Source: an uncultured Gammaproteobacteria bacterium
GTDB taxonomy: Bacteria > Pseudomonadota > Gammaproteobacteria > Pseudomonadales > JAHEGP01
Length of the DNA: 64,000 nt
Direction: 5' to 3'
NCBI GenBank assembly: GCA_963808975.1
Contig: CAWEHR010000001.1
Span: 229,908 to 293,907 of the forward strand
Of the stretch, positions 39,013 through 48,644 are shown one piece after another. Numbering within the stretch: position 1 is the first letter of the stretch; the number at the start of each line of letters is the position of its first letter. Below the pieces are notes generated by a model. It was not told the origin of the DNA. It saw nothing but the letters and a program-made list of their open reading frames with translations, and did not search any database. The translations under genes were made by a program, and so were the position numbers.

Positions 39013-40380
39013 TCAGGTCAGCTTGCGGGGGTCGAGCAGGCGCGCCAGCTCCCGTTCGTCAATACCGGTCATCTCAACGGCAACGTCGAGGATAGCGCGA
39101 TTCTCGCGGTAAGCCCGCTTGGCGATTTCGGCCGCCTTGCTGTAGCCGATCCTGCGGTTGAGCGCGGTCACCAGGATGGGATTGCGCGCCAGGTTCAATT
39201 CCAGCACGGCATGGTTCACGGTAAAATCGCGGATTGCCGTGCCGGCCAGCGCCTCGCAGCTGTTGGCCAGCAGGGTGATGCTTTGCAGCAGGTTATGCGC
39301 GATCACCGGCAGCATCACGTTCAACTGGAAGTTGCCGGATTGCCCGGCCACGGTCACGGTGGCATCGTTGCCTATCACCTGCGCTGACGCCATCGCCACC
39401 GCTTCGGGTACGACCGGGTTGACTTTGCCGGGCATGATGCTGCTTCCCGGTTGCAGTGGCTTCAGACTAATTTCCGCCAGGCCCGCCAGCGGCCCGCTGT
39501 TCATCCACCGCAGGTCGTTGGCAATCTTCATCAGCGCGACTGCCAGGGCCTTCAGCTGTCCGGAGAGCTCGACCGCGGTATCCTGGCTGCTGATCGCGGC
39601 GAAGAAGTTATCCGCGGGGGCGAACCCCACCCCGCTCAATTCAGTCAGGTGATCGGCGAATGACGCCGCAAAATCATCGTCGGCGTTAATTCCCGTGCCG
39701 ACAGCAGTGCCACCCTGGGCCACTCGGCACAGGCGCTGCTGGGTATCGCCAATGCGCTGTTGTGCCAGCGAGAGCTGGGCACGCCAGCCGGAAAGCTCCT
39801 GGGCAAAACTCAGGGGCATGGCATCCATCAGGTGGGTACGACCGGTTTTGACAAACTCTCCCAACTCGCTCTCGCGAGCGGCTATCGCCAGCTGCAACTG
39901 CTGCAGTGCCGGCAGCAGATGATTTTCTATCGCCAGAGTTGCGCTGACATGAATGACGGTGGGAATCACATCGTTACTACTTTGGCTGCAGTTGACGTGA
40001 TCGTTGGGATGCACCCGCGCCTCGAGCTGTTCCGACGCCAGGGTGGCGATGACCTCATTCGCATTCATGTTGCTGCTGGTGCCGGACCCGGTCTGAAACA
40101 CGTCCAGCGGGAACTGCTCCAGGTAATCGCCATCGGCGATGGCCAGCGCCGCCGAGACGATGGCTTCGGCGATCTCCCCGTCGAGCAGCCCGAGCGCCTG
40201 GTTGGCCCGGGCGGCCGCCGCCTTGACCAGGCCAAGACTGCGAATGAACGCGGCCGGCATGGTTAAATCGCTAATACTGAAATTGGCGAGGGCTCGTTGG
40301 GTCTGGGCACCGTACAGCGCATTTGCCGGCACCTTGACCTCGCCCAGACTGTCGCGTTCTACACGATACCCATCGCCCAT
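39013..40380 (-). CDS. fumC: class II fumarate hydratase
   Basis: ERDSLGEVKVPANALYGAQTQRALANF, TGSGTSSNMNANEV and the signature GSSIMPGKVNP. Confidence 0.8.
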   Translation of the reverse strand: MGDGYRVERDSLGEVKVPANALYGAQTQRALANFSISDLTMPAAFIRSLGLVKAAAARANQALGLLDGEIAEAIVSAALAIADGDYLEQFPLDVFQTGSGTSSNMNANEVIATLASEQLEARVHPNDHVNCSQSSNDVIPTVIHVSATLAIENHLLPALQQLQLAIAARESELGEFVKTGRTHLMDAMPLSFAQELSGWRAQLSLAQQRIGDTQQRLCRVAQGGTAVGTGINADDDFAASFADHLTELSGVGFAPADNFFAAISSQDTAVELSGQLKALAVALMKIANDLRWMNSGPLAGLAEISLKPLQPGSSIMPGKVNPVVPEAVAMASAQVIGNDATVTVAGQSGNFQLNVMLPVIAHNLLQSITLLANSCEALAGTAIRDFTVNHAVLELNLARNPILVTALNRRIGYSKAAEIAKRAYRENRAILDVAVEMTGIDERELARLLDPRKLT

Positions 40381-40403
40381 GGCAGTCGTCCGCTCTCCCG
40401 GCC

Positions 40404-43079
40404 TTAACCGTTGCCCGCAATGCGCTCCAGCACATATCTCAACACCCCGCCTGCGCGGTAATACTCAACCTCGACCGCCGTGTCCAGACGCGAGTGCAGT
40501 TCGATTTCCCGCTCCTCACCCGACGGGTAATGGATAATGGCGGGGCAAACCTGCTTTGCTGTCAATTGACCGTCGAGCCCGAGAATATCGAAGGTTTCAT
40601 CGCCTTTGAGCCCCAGCGTTTTGCGACTGTCACCCGGCGCGAACTGCAGGGGCAACACGCCCATGCCCACCAGGTTGGAACGGTGAATGCGCTCAAAACT
40701 CTCCACGATCACCGCTTTCACGCCGAGCAGTAAAGTACCCTTGGCGGCCCAGTCGCGACTGGAACCGGTGCCATACTCGCTACCGGCCACGATCACTGTC
40801 GGCAGGCCCTTGTCCTGGTATTTCATCGCCGCGTCGTAGATAAACAGCGGCTCGGTTGTGCCGATCAGGCGGGTATAGCCACCCTCGATTCCGGGCGTCA
40901 TCTCATTGCGAATACGAATATTGCCAAATGTTCCGCGCATCATGATTTCGTGGTTACCGCGGCGCGCACCGTAGGAGTTGAAGTCGGGCTGGGACACCCC
41001 GTGCTCGCGCAGGAATTGCGCCGCCGGGCTATCAGCCGGGATGGCACCGGCGGGGGAAATATGGTCGGTGGTCACCGAATCCCCAAGCATGGCCAGCATC
41101 GGAGCACCCACGATATTGCCCTGGTTGCCACCGTACTGGTCTTCGAAAAACGGCGGCAATTGAATATACGTGGAGTCGTCGGCAAAGCTGTAGGTGTCAC
41201 CACTGCCGCTGTCGATGGCTCGCCAGTTGGCGTCGCCCTCGAACACCGCGCCGTACTCCCGCGCGAACATGTCCTTGTTGACGGTCTGTACCAACTCTGC
41301 AATCTCCGCATTGCTGGGCCAGATATCCCGCAAATACACTGGCTGGCCATTACTGCCAGTGCCGATCGGATCCTCGCCCAGGTTGATACGCGTGGTGCCC
41401 GCCAGGGCATAGGCCACCACCAGTGGCGGCGATGCCAACCAGTTGGCCCGCACCAGGGGGTGAATCCTGCCCTCGAAATTGCGGTTGCCCGACAATACCG
41501 AACAAACCACCATATCGTTCTGCTCGATGGTGGCTGCTACCGCCTCGGGTAACGGCCCCGAATTGCCGATACAGGTCGTGCAGCCGTAACCGACCAGATT
41601 GAAACCCAGCGTGTTCAGCGCACCCTGCAGACCGGCGCGGGCAAGATAATCGGTAACCACGCGGGAACCGGGGGCGAGGGAGGTCTTCACCCAGGGCTTG
41701 CGCTGGAGACCCAGGGCAACGGCCTTTTGCGCCAGTAGTCCGGCCCCCAGCATGACGGCGGGATTGGAGGTATTGGTGCAGGAGGTAATGGCGGCTATAA
41801 CGACATCGCCATGGTGCATAGACTGCTCGCTATCCGCCAGGTCGAATTCCTGCTCCAGCTGCCCACTCTTGCCCTCGAGTTCCAGAAAGCTGTCGATGGC
41901 GCCTTTGAGCTGTGTCATCGGAACCCGGTCCTGGGGCCGCTTCGGGCCGGCCAGATTCGGCTCCACTGTCGCCATGTCCAGGGCCAGGGTTGAAGCAAAC
42001 TCCGGGGTGGGTGAATTTTCGTCACGCCACATTCCCTGGGCCCTGCAATACGCCTCGACCAGTGCGATGGTCGCCTCGTCCCGGCCACTCAACCTCAGGT
42101 AATTGACAGTCTGGGCGTCGATCGGGAAAAAGCCGCAGGTGGCGCCATACTCCGGTGCCATGTTGGCAATGGTCGCTCGATCGGCAAGGGGAAGATGATC
42201 GAGTCCGGAGCCATAAAATTCGACGAATTTCCCCACAACCTTGTGCTCACGCAGCATCTGCACCACACGCAGCACCAGGTCGGTAGCGGTAATTCCCTCC
42301 GCCAGATGGCCGCTGAGCTCAAACCCGACCACATCGGGAATGAGCATGGAGATCGGCTGCCCCAGCATAGCTGCCTCGGCTTCGATCCCGCCGACCCCCC
42401 AACCGAGTACGCCGAGGCCGTTTATCATAGTCGTATGACTGTCGGTACCTACCAGGGTGTCAGGGTAGGCCAGGTTCTCGCCGTCCTGGGACTGCGACCA
42501 GACCCCCCGCGCCAGGTATTCGAGATTCACCTGGTGGCAGATACCGGTGCCCGGCGGCACCACGCTGAAGTTGTCGAAGGCGCCCTGCCCCCACTTGAGG
42601 AATTGGTAGCGCTCGAGGTTGCGCCCCATCTCGATGGCGACGTTTTCCTCAAAAGCCTGCTCTGTGGCAAAGCTGTCGATACTGACCGAATGGTCGATCA
42701 CCAGATCGACCCGGGACAGGGGATTTATTTTCCGGGGGTCACGACCTCGTTGCACCAGCGCATCCCGCATCGCTGCAAGGTCCACCACGGCCGGCACACC
42801 GGTAAAATCCTGCATCAGCACCCGCGCCGGATGATAGGCTATCTCCTGGTCACTGCCGCGCCCCCGGCTCGCCACGAGGGCCTCGATGTCGTCCCGGGAA
42901 CATGTTACCCCGTCCTCATGTCGCAGCAGGTTTTCCAGCAGGATCTTGCTCGACACGGGCAGGCGCGCCACCTCTTCGTGGCGGGCCAGGGCACCGCCAT
43001 TGACGGCAAAATAGCTGTAGGTCACACCGTCAACGACCAGTTCACTGCGGGTACCAAACGAATCATCGGAAGTAACCAT
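40404..43079 (-). CDS. acnA: aconitate hydratase A
   Basis: About 890 aa from MVTSDDSFGTRSEL (GGAGA upstream of the ATG). Fe-S ligand contexts ITSCTNTSNP and GCTTCIGNSGPL, plus the C-terminal swivel domain. Confidence 0.9.
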   Translation of the reverse strand: MVTSDDSFGTRSELVVDGVTYSYFAVNGGALARHEEVARLPVSSKILLENLLRHEDGVTCSRDDIEALVASRGRGSDQEIAYHPARVLMQDFTGVPAVVDLAAMRDALVQRGRDPRKINPLSRVDLVIDHSVSIDSFATEQAFEENVAIEMGRNLERYQFLKWGQGAFDNFSVVPPGTGICHQVNLEYLARGVWSQSQDGENLAYPDTLVGTDSHTTMINGLGVLGWGVGGIEAEAAMLGQPISMLIPDVVGFELSGHLAEGITATDLVLRVVQMLREHKVVGKFVEFYGSGLDHLPLADRATIANMAPEYGATCGFFPIDAQTVNYLRLSGRDEATIALVEAYCRAQGMWRDENSPTPEFASTLALDMATVEPNLAGPKRPQDRVPMTQLKGAIDSFLELEGKSGQLEQEFDLADSEQSMHHGDVVIAAITSCTNTSNPAVMLGAGLLAQKAVALGLQRKPWVKTSLAPGSRVVTDYLARAGLQGALNTLGFNLVGYGCTTCIGNSGPLPEAVAATIEQNDMVVCSVLSGNRNFEGRIHPLVRANWLASPPLVVAYALAGTTRINLGEDPIGTGSNGQPVYLRDIWPSNAEIAELVQTVNKDMFAREYGAVFEGDANWRAIDSGSGDTYSFADDSTYIQLPPFFEDQYGGNQGNIVGAPMLAMLGDSVTTDHISPAGAIPADSPAAQFLREHGVSQPDFNSYGARRGNHEIMMRGTFGNIRIRNEMTPGIEGGYTRLIGTTEPLFIYDAAMKYQDKGLPTVIVAGSEYGTGSSRDWAAKGTLLLGVKAVIVESFERIHRSNLVGMGVLPLQFAPGDSRKTLGLKGDETFDILGLDGQLTAKQVCPAIIHYPSGEEREIELHSRLDTAVEVEYYRAGGVLRYVLERIAGNG

Positions 43080-43326
43080 TTTTATCTCCATTGCAGTCCA
43101 GCCCAAAAGCGACCGCCTGCCCACTTTTCACGCCCGGGCCGGTTGCGGCGATCCCCGTCTGTGTGTCGATGCCCAAAACCTGACGCGATGACAGCTGTTT
43201 GCTTGCCAACGCCGACCTGTAAACAGTATCACTCTCGACGGGCAGTCTCAAATACCTCGATTGCAACTCTCGGCGCCCGTGGTCGCCGAGCACAGCTGGC
43301 AGGGGAACACGGTGGCTGGCCCGGGG

Positions 43327-44361
43327 CTACTGGAAGTTGATCCAGCTGTTGTAGGCGTCAAGGCGAAAGCGCTCGCCGTTGTATTCCAACACGATCCCGG
43401 GTTCGCTGATCTCGATCAAGCGGAGGCCGCCCACTACGGTGTCGCCCTCCCGGTAGAGATTACCATTGAGCACTACGTGTCGATCAGCCGCACGCTCCGC
43501 CGGCATATGCTCGCTGTACTTCATGCTCGGAATCTGGTGGCGCAAGTTCAGGGACAGGTCGGTGATCTGTTGCGTCCGCAAGAAAGCGCCTCCCTGGCGC
43601 TGCCGGGCGGAGCCGCTGGCGCCGTTCGCTGATGCCCCCTGCCTGGCACCATCGGGGCCTTCTTGCGGCGGGGAGCGATACAGCGATTCGACCCTTGGGT
43701 CGGGGGCGGGTTTTGCCGGCTCCTCTCGCTGCGCGACCAGGCCCGGCAGCGCCCCGGTATCGGGTCGGCCGGCATCAGCTTCATTGACGCTGGACACAGA
43801 CTGCACCGCGCTATCAGGCCCTGCACTGGATTCCCCCGCTGCCGCGCTAGGGGGCTCGTCTCGCCTCACGGTCTGCTGCGCCGCTACCCCCGGACGGGGC
43901 GTTGGCTCGACCGGGATCAGTCGCCTCGCTTCCACTGCCGTCACCCGGTCCGTCCGGGGAACCGGCGGCGCAGCCGTTTGCTTTTCTCCGGGAGCTTCAA
44001 CTCCCTCCACTTGCCGACTGATCGCATCCCCCCGTGTTGTTAAAGGCGGTGTCGTTGCAGGCGGTGTCGTTGCAGGTGGTGTTGTTGCAAACGGTGTTGT
44101 TGCAGGCGGCTTCGTTGCCACCTGTGCCTCGCCGGTGGACGGCGGTGCCACGGGTTCGGGGGCCTGCATCCGGGCGCGAAAAAAATCAAATACCAGGTAC
44201 ACCACCACCAGGGCTATTAACCAGCGCTCCAGGTGCAGGCGTTTCAACAGGGGGGGTTGCGTCTCGTCGCCGGAGCGGTGCACAGATTGCAGGGTCGGGA
44301 TATGGTTTTTCTCGTTGCGCTCCTGCTCGGCACGATTGAGAGCATCCAGAATCAGTGACAT
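43327..44361 (-). CDS. type II secretion accessory protein GspB / ExeB-like
   Basis: N-terminal MSLILDALNRAEQER, a single TM, a Pro/Thr/Ala-rich linker with a 15-nt tandem repeat, and a C-terminal GspB-type domain (VVLNGNLYREGDTV..LRLIEI). The start overlaps the exeA stop by 1 nt. Confidence 0.7.
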   Translation of the reverse strand: MSLILDALNRAEQERNEKNHIPTLQSVHRSGDETQPPLLKRLHLERWLIALVVVYLVFDFFRARMQAPEPVAPPSTGEAQVATKPPATTPFATTPPATTPPATTPPLTTRGDAISRQVEGVEAPGEKQTAAPPVPRTDRVTAVEARRLIPVEPTPRPGVAAQQTVRRDEPPSAAAGESSAGPDSAVQSVSSVNEADAGRPDTGALPGLVAQREEPAKPAPDPRVESLYRSPPQEGPDGARQGASANGASGSARQRQGGAFLRTQQITDLSLNLRHQIPSMKYSEHMPAERAADRHVVLNGNLYREGDTVVGGLRLIEISEPGIVLEYNGERFRLDAYNSWINFQ

Positions 44362-46544
44362 CAGCGCACTCCTTTGTCGGTGGCGGTTTCCACCTGCAAC
44401 ACCGGGCTCAGGCCAAGTAGCTGACGCACCCGCAAAACGGTGTTAGTTCCCGCAACGCCGTCTACCAGCAGCAACTGGTCGCTCTGGAACAGCTCCACCC
44501 GCTGCTGGAGTAATTCGTTATACCGCGAATCGGCAAGCCCTTTTGGCTGCCCATCCAACCGGGCAAAGCTCTGTGACAGCCAGCTAACCGCTTCGCCTTC
44601 GTCGTCGAGTCGCATCGGTCCCGCATAGCCCGGCGGCTTTTGCCAGGGCAGGATAAATGTTCCGGTCCAGCGCTCGCCCAATTGCTCCCTGGTTAGAGAA
44701 TAATCTTCCTGCTCACCGGCCAGCATCACCTTGTCTCCCTGCAGACCGGCCAACACTACCCAGGCCACATCCCCCGCCGTTGTCAGCACCTCCATCACCA
44801 CCGGGGATTTGTAAGTGAGCAACTGGGGCCAGCTTTGTGCCTGCAGGGTATCGCAGCGCCAGCGCTCCCTGGCAAGACGGCGACAGGGGTCGTCGAGGGG
44901 CGTATCGATAACCCCCCCATGCACCAGCAACGTGTTGAGGGCCGCCGCAGGATCCGTGAATACCATGACATCGAGCGCCGACTGCTGCTCACCTGCGACC
45001 GTGGCCCGGGATTCGGCAGCCGCCGGCGCTAGGGTATCGGTGAAGGCCTGCTCATCGCTGGTTTCAGCATCAGTCGCTTCACCTGGATCCGGCTCGGCTG
45101 CAGTCGGCTCGGTAGCACTGGGCTCAACAGCAGTCGGCGCAGTAACGGCCGTCTCAACCGCAGCGCTCTGGATTTCGGTCGCTGCAGCGTCATTCGCCGC
45201 AGTCGACGCGACTGTACTTGCATCAGCTTCAGTCGGTTTCAAAACGATCCCTTCAGCAATGCCCGGCTCGCTAGCGATCGGCTCAGCAACGACTGGCTCC
45301 TCGCCCCACGGGACAGGGGAATCGACGGCGCTTAGCGTGTCGCCCGCGGCACCGACGCCAACGCTTGCGGGCGGCGCCTGCACGCCAACCCCGGGCGCCA
45401 TCAAAGGCACCGTTACTGGCTCCGGCGGTGGTGAATCTACTGCAAGCGCAGTCGACGCTGGAGTCACCGGCACACCAGGCGTTTGCGCAATGACAACGGG
45501 CTGGGGGCCTGCCTCCCCGGGGGCAGGTTGTGAAGGCGAAGCCCTGGGCGCAGACTTCCCATCCGGGGCGGGGGCGACCCCCCGTGACAGCGGTTCAGCG
45601 TCACCCGCCAGGGTGGCGATGTCCGCCTGCTGAGCCTGCCACCAGAGAAAAGCACCCACGGCTGTCAGCGCCAGCAGTGCCCCAGCCGCGGGCCATACCC
45701 AGCGTGCACTGTCGACTGAGCGCGCCTCGTCCTCACCCTTGACCTCCAGCGTTGCCTGGCGCGCCATGGCCATATCGACGCGGGATTTGTTCTGCCCGTA
45801 AGTGCCCAGCAAAATGCGATCGCAGAGTACATTGATCAAGCGCGGTATACCCTGGCTCTCCCTGTGAATATGCTGCACGACCCTGGGAGGGAACAGCTCC
45901 TGGTTGGCGTGCAGACCAGCGACTTGCAGGCGGTGGCGTATGTACCCTGCGGTTTCGTCCAGGGACAGCGCCTTGAGCTGATAGCGGGCAGTGACCCGCT
46001 GCGACAACTGCCGCAACTCCGGCCGCGCCAAAATGACTTTCAGTTCCGGCTGGCCAACGAGGATAATCTGCAACAGCTTGCGGGTATTGGTTTCGAGATT
46101 GGTCAACAGGCGAATCTGTTCGAGTGCTTCGAATTGTAAATACTGAGCCTCATCGATCAACAACACCGTGTTACGACCGCGCTGGTGGTTCCCAAGCAGA
46201 AAGCGGTGCAGCTTGTCAGTTAGTTCCTTGAGGTTCCGCTCTTCGGCCCGGTAGTCGATATGCAGTTCATCACAGATCGCTGCCAGTAATTGGGCGGCGT
46301 CCAGCGCCGGGTTCAGTATCAATGCAACATCGGTCTTTGGTGGAAGTTGCTCGAGCAGGCAGCGGGTTATCGTGGTTTTGCCGGTACCCACCTCTCCCGT
46401 CAACAGGATAAAGCCGCCTCCGACCCCGACACCGTAGAGCAGGTGCGCAAGGGCGTCCCGGTGACGCTCACTCATGAAAAGATAGCGGGGGTTTACCGCG
46501 ATCGAAAAAGGCGCTTCTTCAAGCCCGAAATACTTATGATACAT
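44361..46544 (-). CDS. ExeA / GspA-like AAA ATPase with C-terminal peptidoglycan-binding domain
   Basis: MYHKYFGLEEAPFSIAVNPRYLFMSERHRDAL, Walker A GEVGTGKTT, Walker B VLLIDEAQ, one TM, a long acidic Ala/Pro/Thr linker, and a C-terminal PG-binding-like LLVDGVAGTNTVLRVRQL. Confidence 0.8.
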   Translation of the reverse strand: MYHKYFGLEEAPFSIAVNPRYLFMSERHRDALAHLLYGVGVGGGFILLTGEVGTGKTTITRCLLEQLPPKTDVALILNPALDAAQLLAAICDELHIDYRAEERNLKELTDKLHRFLLGNHQRGRNTVLLIDEAQYLQFEALEQIRLLTNLETNTRKLLQIILVGQPELKVILARPELRQLSQRVTARYQLKALSLDETAGYIRHRLQVAGLHANQELFPPRVVQHIHRESQGIPRLINVLCDRILLGTYGQNKSRVDMAMARQATLEVKGEDEARSVDSARWVWPAAGALLALTAVGAFLWWQAQQADIATLAGDAEPLSRGVAPAPDGKSAPRASPSQPAPGEAGPQPVVIAQTPGVPVTPASTALAVDSPPPEPVTVPLMAPGVGVQAPPASVGVGAAGDTLSAVDSPVPWGEEPVVAEPIASEPGIAEGIVLKPTEADASTVASTAANDAAATEIQSAAVETAVTAPTAVEPSATEPTAAEPDPGEATDAETSDEQAFTDTLAPAAAESRATVAGEQQSALDVMVFTDPAAALNTLLVHGGVIDTPLDDPCRRLARERWRCDTLQAQSWPQLLTYKSPVVMEVLTTAGDVAWVVLAGLQGDKVMLAGEQEDYSLTREQLGERWTGTFILPWQKPPGYAGPMRLDDEGEAVSWLSQSFARLDGQPKGLADSRYNELLQQRVELFQSDQLLLVDGVAGTNTVLRVRQLLGLSPVLQVETATDKGVR

Positions 46545-46789
46545 ACAGCCCGTTCACTCGCTGGATAAGTCCTACATTATCAGAAATCTGGCCCACACTG
46601 ACCACCGTTAAAATTATTGATCGCCAATCCAGGATTTGATGGCCGGCGAGAGCGACCGGGGATTGATCTTGCGATCGCCCGCCTAATCCGCAATACTCGC
46701 CGCACCATCAGGTAGAGGTCGCCAGCTATCGTTAACGACCGGTCTGCCCGGGAAGGTGGTCGACCAACGTCACCAGGAGGAAGTTCACG

Positions 46790-47965
46790 ATGAGCCAGGC
46801 CCCACGCATTCCACGTTCAAAAGACAATGATTACAGCGAGGAAATCGCCGCCGAACGTCGTGATTTCGTCACCCGCCAAACTGGCCAGGCGCTGCCGCAT
46901 ATCGGTCACTACAACCAGCCGGTAGACCAGCTCGCAGGCAATATCGAGAACTTTTTCGGCGTCGCGCAGATGCCCTTGGGCCTGGCGGGACCTATGCGAG
47001 TCAACGGCGAGCATGCCCAGGGCGACTTCTACGTACCCATGGCCACCACCGAGGGCACGCTGGTGGCGAGCTACAGCCGCGGCATGAAACTGCTGAACGC
47101 CTGCGGCGGCGTCGCCACAACGGTCGTTGAAAAGTATATGCAGCGTTCGCCGGTATTCTCCTTCGCCGACAGCCGCCAGAGCCGAGAATTTGGCGCCTGG
47201 GTCATAGCCAACTTCGATGCGATCAAAAAAGCCGCGGAAGCTACCACCAGTATTGGCAAACTGAGTCATATCGAGCAGTACCAGGTGGCCCGCCTGCGCT
47301 ACCTGCGCTTCAACTACACCACCGGCGATGCCGCCGGGCAAAATATGGTGGGCAAAGCCACCCTCGCCGCCTGCGAATGGATTCAGGACAATTACCCGGT
47401 GCCCTACAGTTGGACACTCTCCGGCAATATCGACACCGACAAAAAGCATTCGCAGATGAACCTGATGCATTCCCGTGGCACCAGGGTTGTGGCCGAGGCA
47501 ACGATTCCCAACGCAATTTTGAAACAGGTGATGGGCGTTGATACCCGCACACTGTACCGCCAGCGCCAGGTGTCCAACGTCGGTGCCATGCTGGCACACG
47601 CTGCCAACAATGGCGCCCATGCAGCCAATGGCATAGCCGCAGTGTTTATTGCCACCGGCCAAGATGAAGCCAACGTTGCAGAGTCGCACGCTGGCCTGGT
47701 GTACACCGAGTTGCTGGATAACGACGACTACTACTGGTCGATCACCCTGCCCTCGCTGATTGTAGCCACCTATGGCGGTGGTACCGGCCTTGGCACCCAG
47801 CGTGAGGCGCTGGAGATGCTTGGTTGTTACGGGCAGGGAAAGGCGACCAAACTCGCCGAAATTATTGCCGCCACGGTGCTGGCGGGAGATGTCTCGCTCA
47901 GCAGCGCTATCCTGGCCGGCGACTGGGTATCCAGCCACGACCGCCTGGGCCGAAATCGTCCGTAA
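46790..47965 (+). CDS. hydroxymethylglutaryl-CoA reductase, soluble class-I-like (copy 2)
   Basis: 391-aa ORF, colinear with the 3064..4233 product: GNIENFFGVAQMPLGLAGP, YVPMATTEGTLVASYSRG, TTGDAAGQNMVGKAT, DTDKK, YGGGTGLGTQ, WVSSHD. AGGAGG lies upstream of the ATG. Confidence 0.85.
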   Translation: MSQAPRIPRSKDNDYSEEIAAERRDFVTRQTGQALPHIGHYNQPVDQLAGNIENFFGVAQMPLGLAGPMRVNGEHAQGDFYVPMATTEGTLVASYSRGMKLLNACGGVATTVVEKYMQRSPVFSFADSRQSREFGAWVIANFDAIKKAAEATTSIGKLSHIEQYQVARLRYLRFNYTTGDAAGQNMVGKATLAACEWIQDNYPVPYSWTLSGNIDTDKKHSQMNLMHSRGTRVVAEATIPNAILKQVMGVDTRTLYRQRQVSNVGAMLAHAANNGAHAANGIAAVFIATGQDEANVAESHAGLVYTELLDNDDYYWSITLPSLIVATYGGGTGLGTQREALEMLGCYGQGKATKLAEIIAATVLAGDVSLSSAILAGDWVSSHDRLGRNRP

Positions 47966-48059
47966 AGCGGTTGGCATGCGGCGGGCTCTTGCCTGTGTAG
48001 TAATGATCTGGCCGCCATCAACAGCGGTACAATGAGGCAACTTTCAAGGAGTTGGCCAG

Positions 48060-48506
48060 ATGCTGCAAGCACAGGAAACATTTTCCACTGTCGAATCAAT
48101 TTTTTTCAAAAACCTCAATCGCATTGCCAGGCCGCTGATAAAGGCTGGTGTCGGCTCGCCGGGGCCTTTCCCCACCGGGCTTATCATACTGGAGACCATC
48201 GGCCGTAAAACCGGGCGCCAGTTCGAGACTCCGGTGGTGGCTTCCATGTTTGGCAGGTACCTGTTGGTGGGCACGGTTCGCAATCGCTCCCAGTGGATCA
48301 AGAACCTGGCGGCGCAGGCGGATGTCAATTACTGGATCAAGGGCGAAACCCGCACGGCCGACGTCACCGTTTTCCTGCCGGAAGACGAAGTTATCGGCAA
48401 ATGTGCTCAGCTGCCCCGTCTGCTGGCTCCGCTGGCCAGCGCGCTTTTCCTTTTCACCAGCCGCATTGGCGCCAGTTTCGCGATCCTGCAAACCCGACCC
48501 GAGTAG
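48060..48506 (+). CDS. nitroreductase / deazaflavin-dependent-oxidoreductase-like (DUF385) family protein
   Basis: 148-aa ORF. LETIGRKTGRQFETPV...RNRSQWIKNLAAQADV resembles the split-barrel Ddn/DUF385 family. Assignment tentative. Confidence 0.55.
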   Translation: MLQAQETFSTVESIFFKNLNRIARPLIKAGVGSPGPFPTGLIILETIGRKTGRQFETPVVASMFGRYLLVGTVRNRSQWIKNLAAQADVNYWIKGETRTADVTVFLPEDEVIGKCAQLPRLLAPLASALFLFTSRIGASFAILQTRPE

Positions 48507-48619
48507 GCCGCCTGCCCCGCCGTAATCACGGCATTAGGAGCGCCGGTGTGGGGGGGCCAGCATTGGGGTTGTGCTGCCCCCTGCAAATGACCAGCTTGCA
48601 GAGGTAATCCAGACATAAT

Positions 48620-48644
48620 GGCCCGCCCCAGGAAAAGGCGGGCC
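48620..48644 (+). terminator. candidate terminator hairpin
   Basis: GGCCCGCC-(9 nt)-GGCGGGCC followed by TTCAACGTTTGGTTTG. Lies about 115 nt after the 48506 stop. Confidence 0.4.

Noticed and set aside
44045-44119. A five-unit 15-nt tandem repeat that could be mistaken for a mini-CRISPR or VNTR locus.
   Set aside because: The units are contiguous with no spacers, they are in-frame, and they lie inside the exeB-like coding sequence, where they encode a Thr/Pro-rich linker.
46817-48040. A 407-aa ORF antisense to HMG-CoA reductase copy 2, and many similar long antisense ORFs: 2199-3041, 3409-4116, 5098-5934, 6689-7543, 12532-13407, 20362-21273, 35197-35964, 42195-43340, 43466-44446, 44815-45633 and 52944-53948.
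   Set aside because: These are typical shadow ORFs of a high-GC genome. They are Arg/Gly/Pro/Ala-rich with no recognisable domains, and each lies opposite a gene with clear family motifs.
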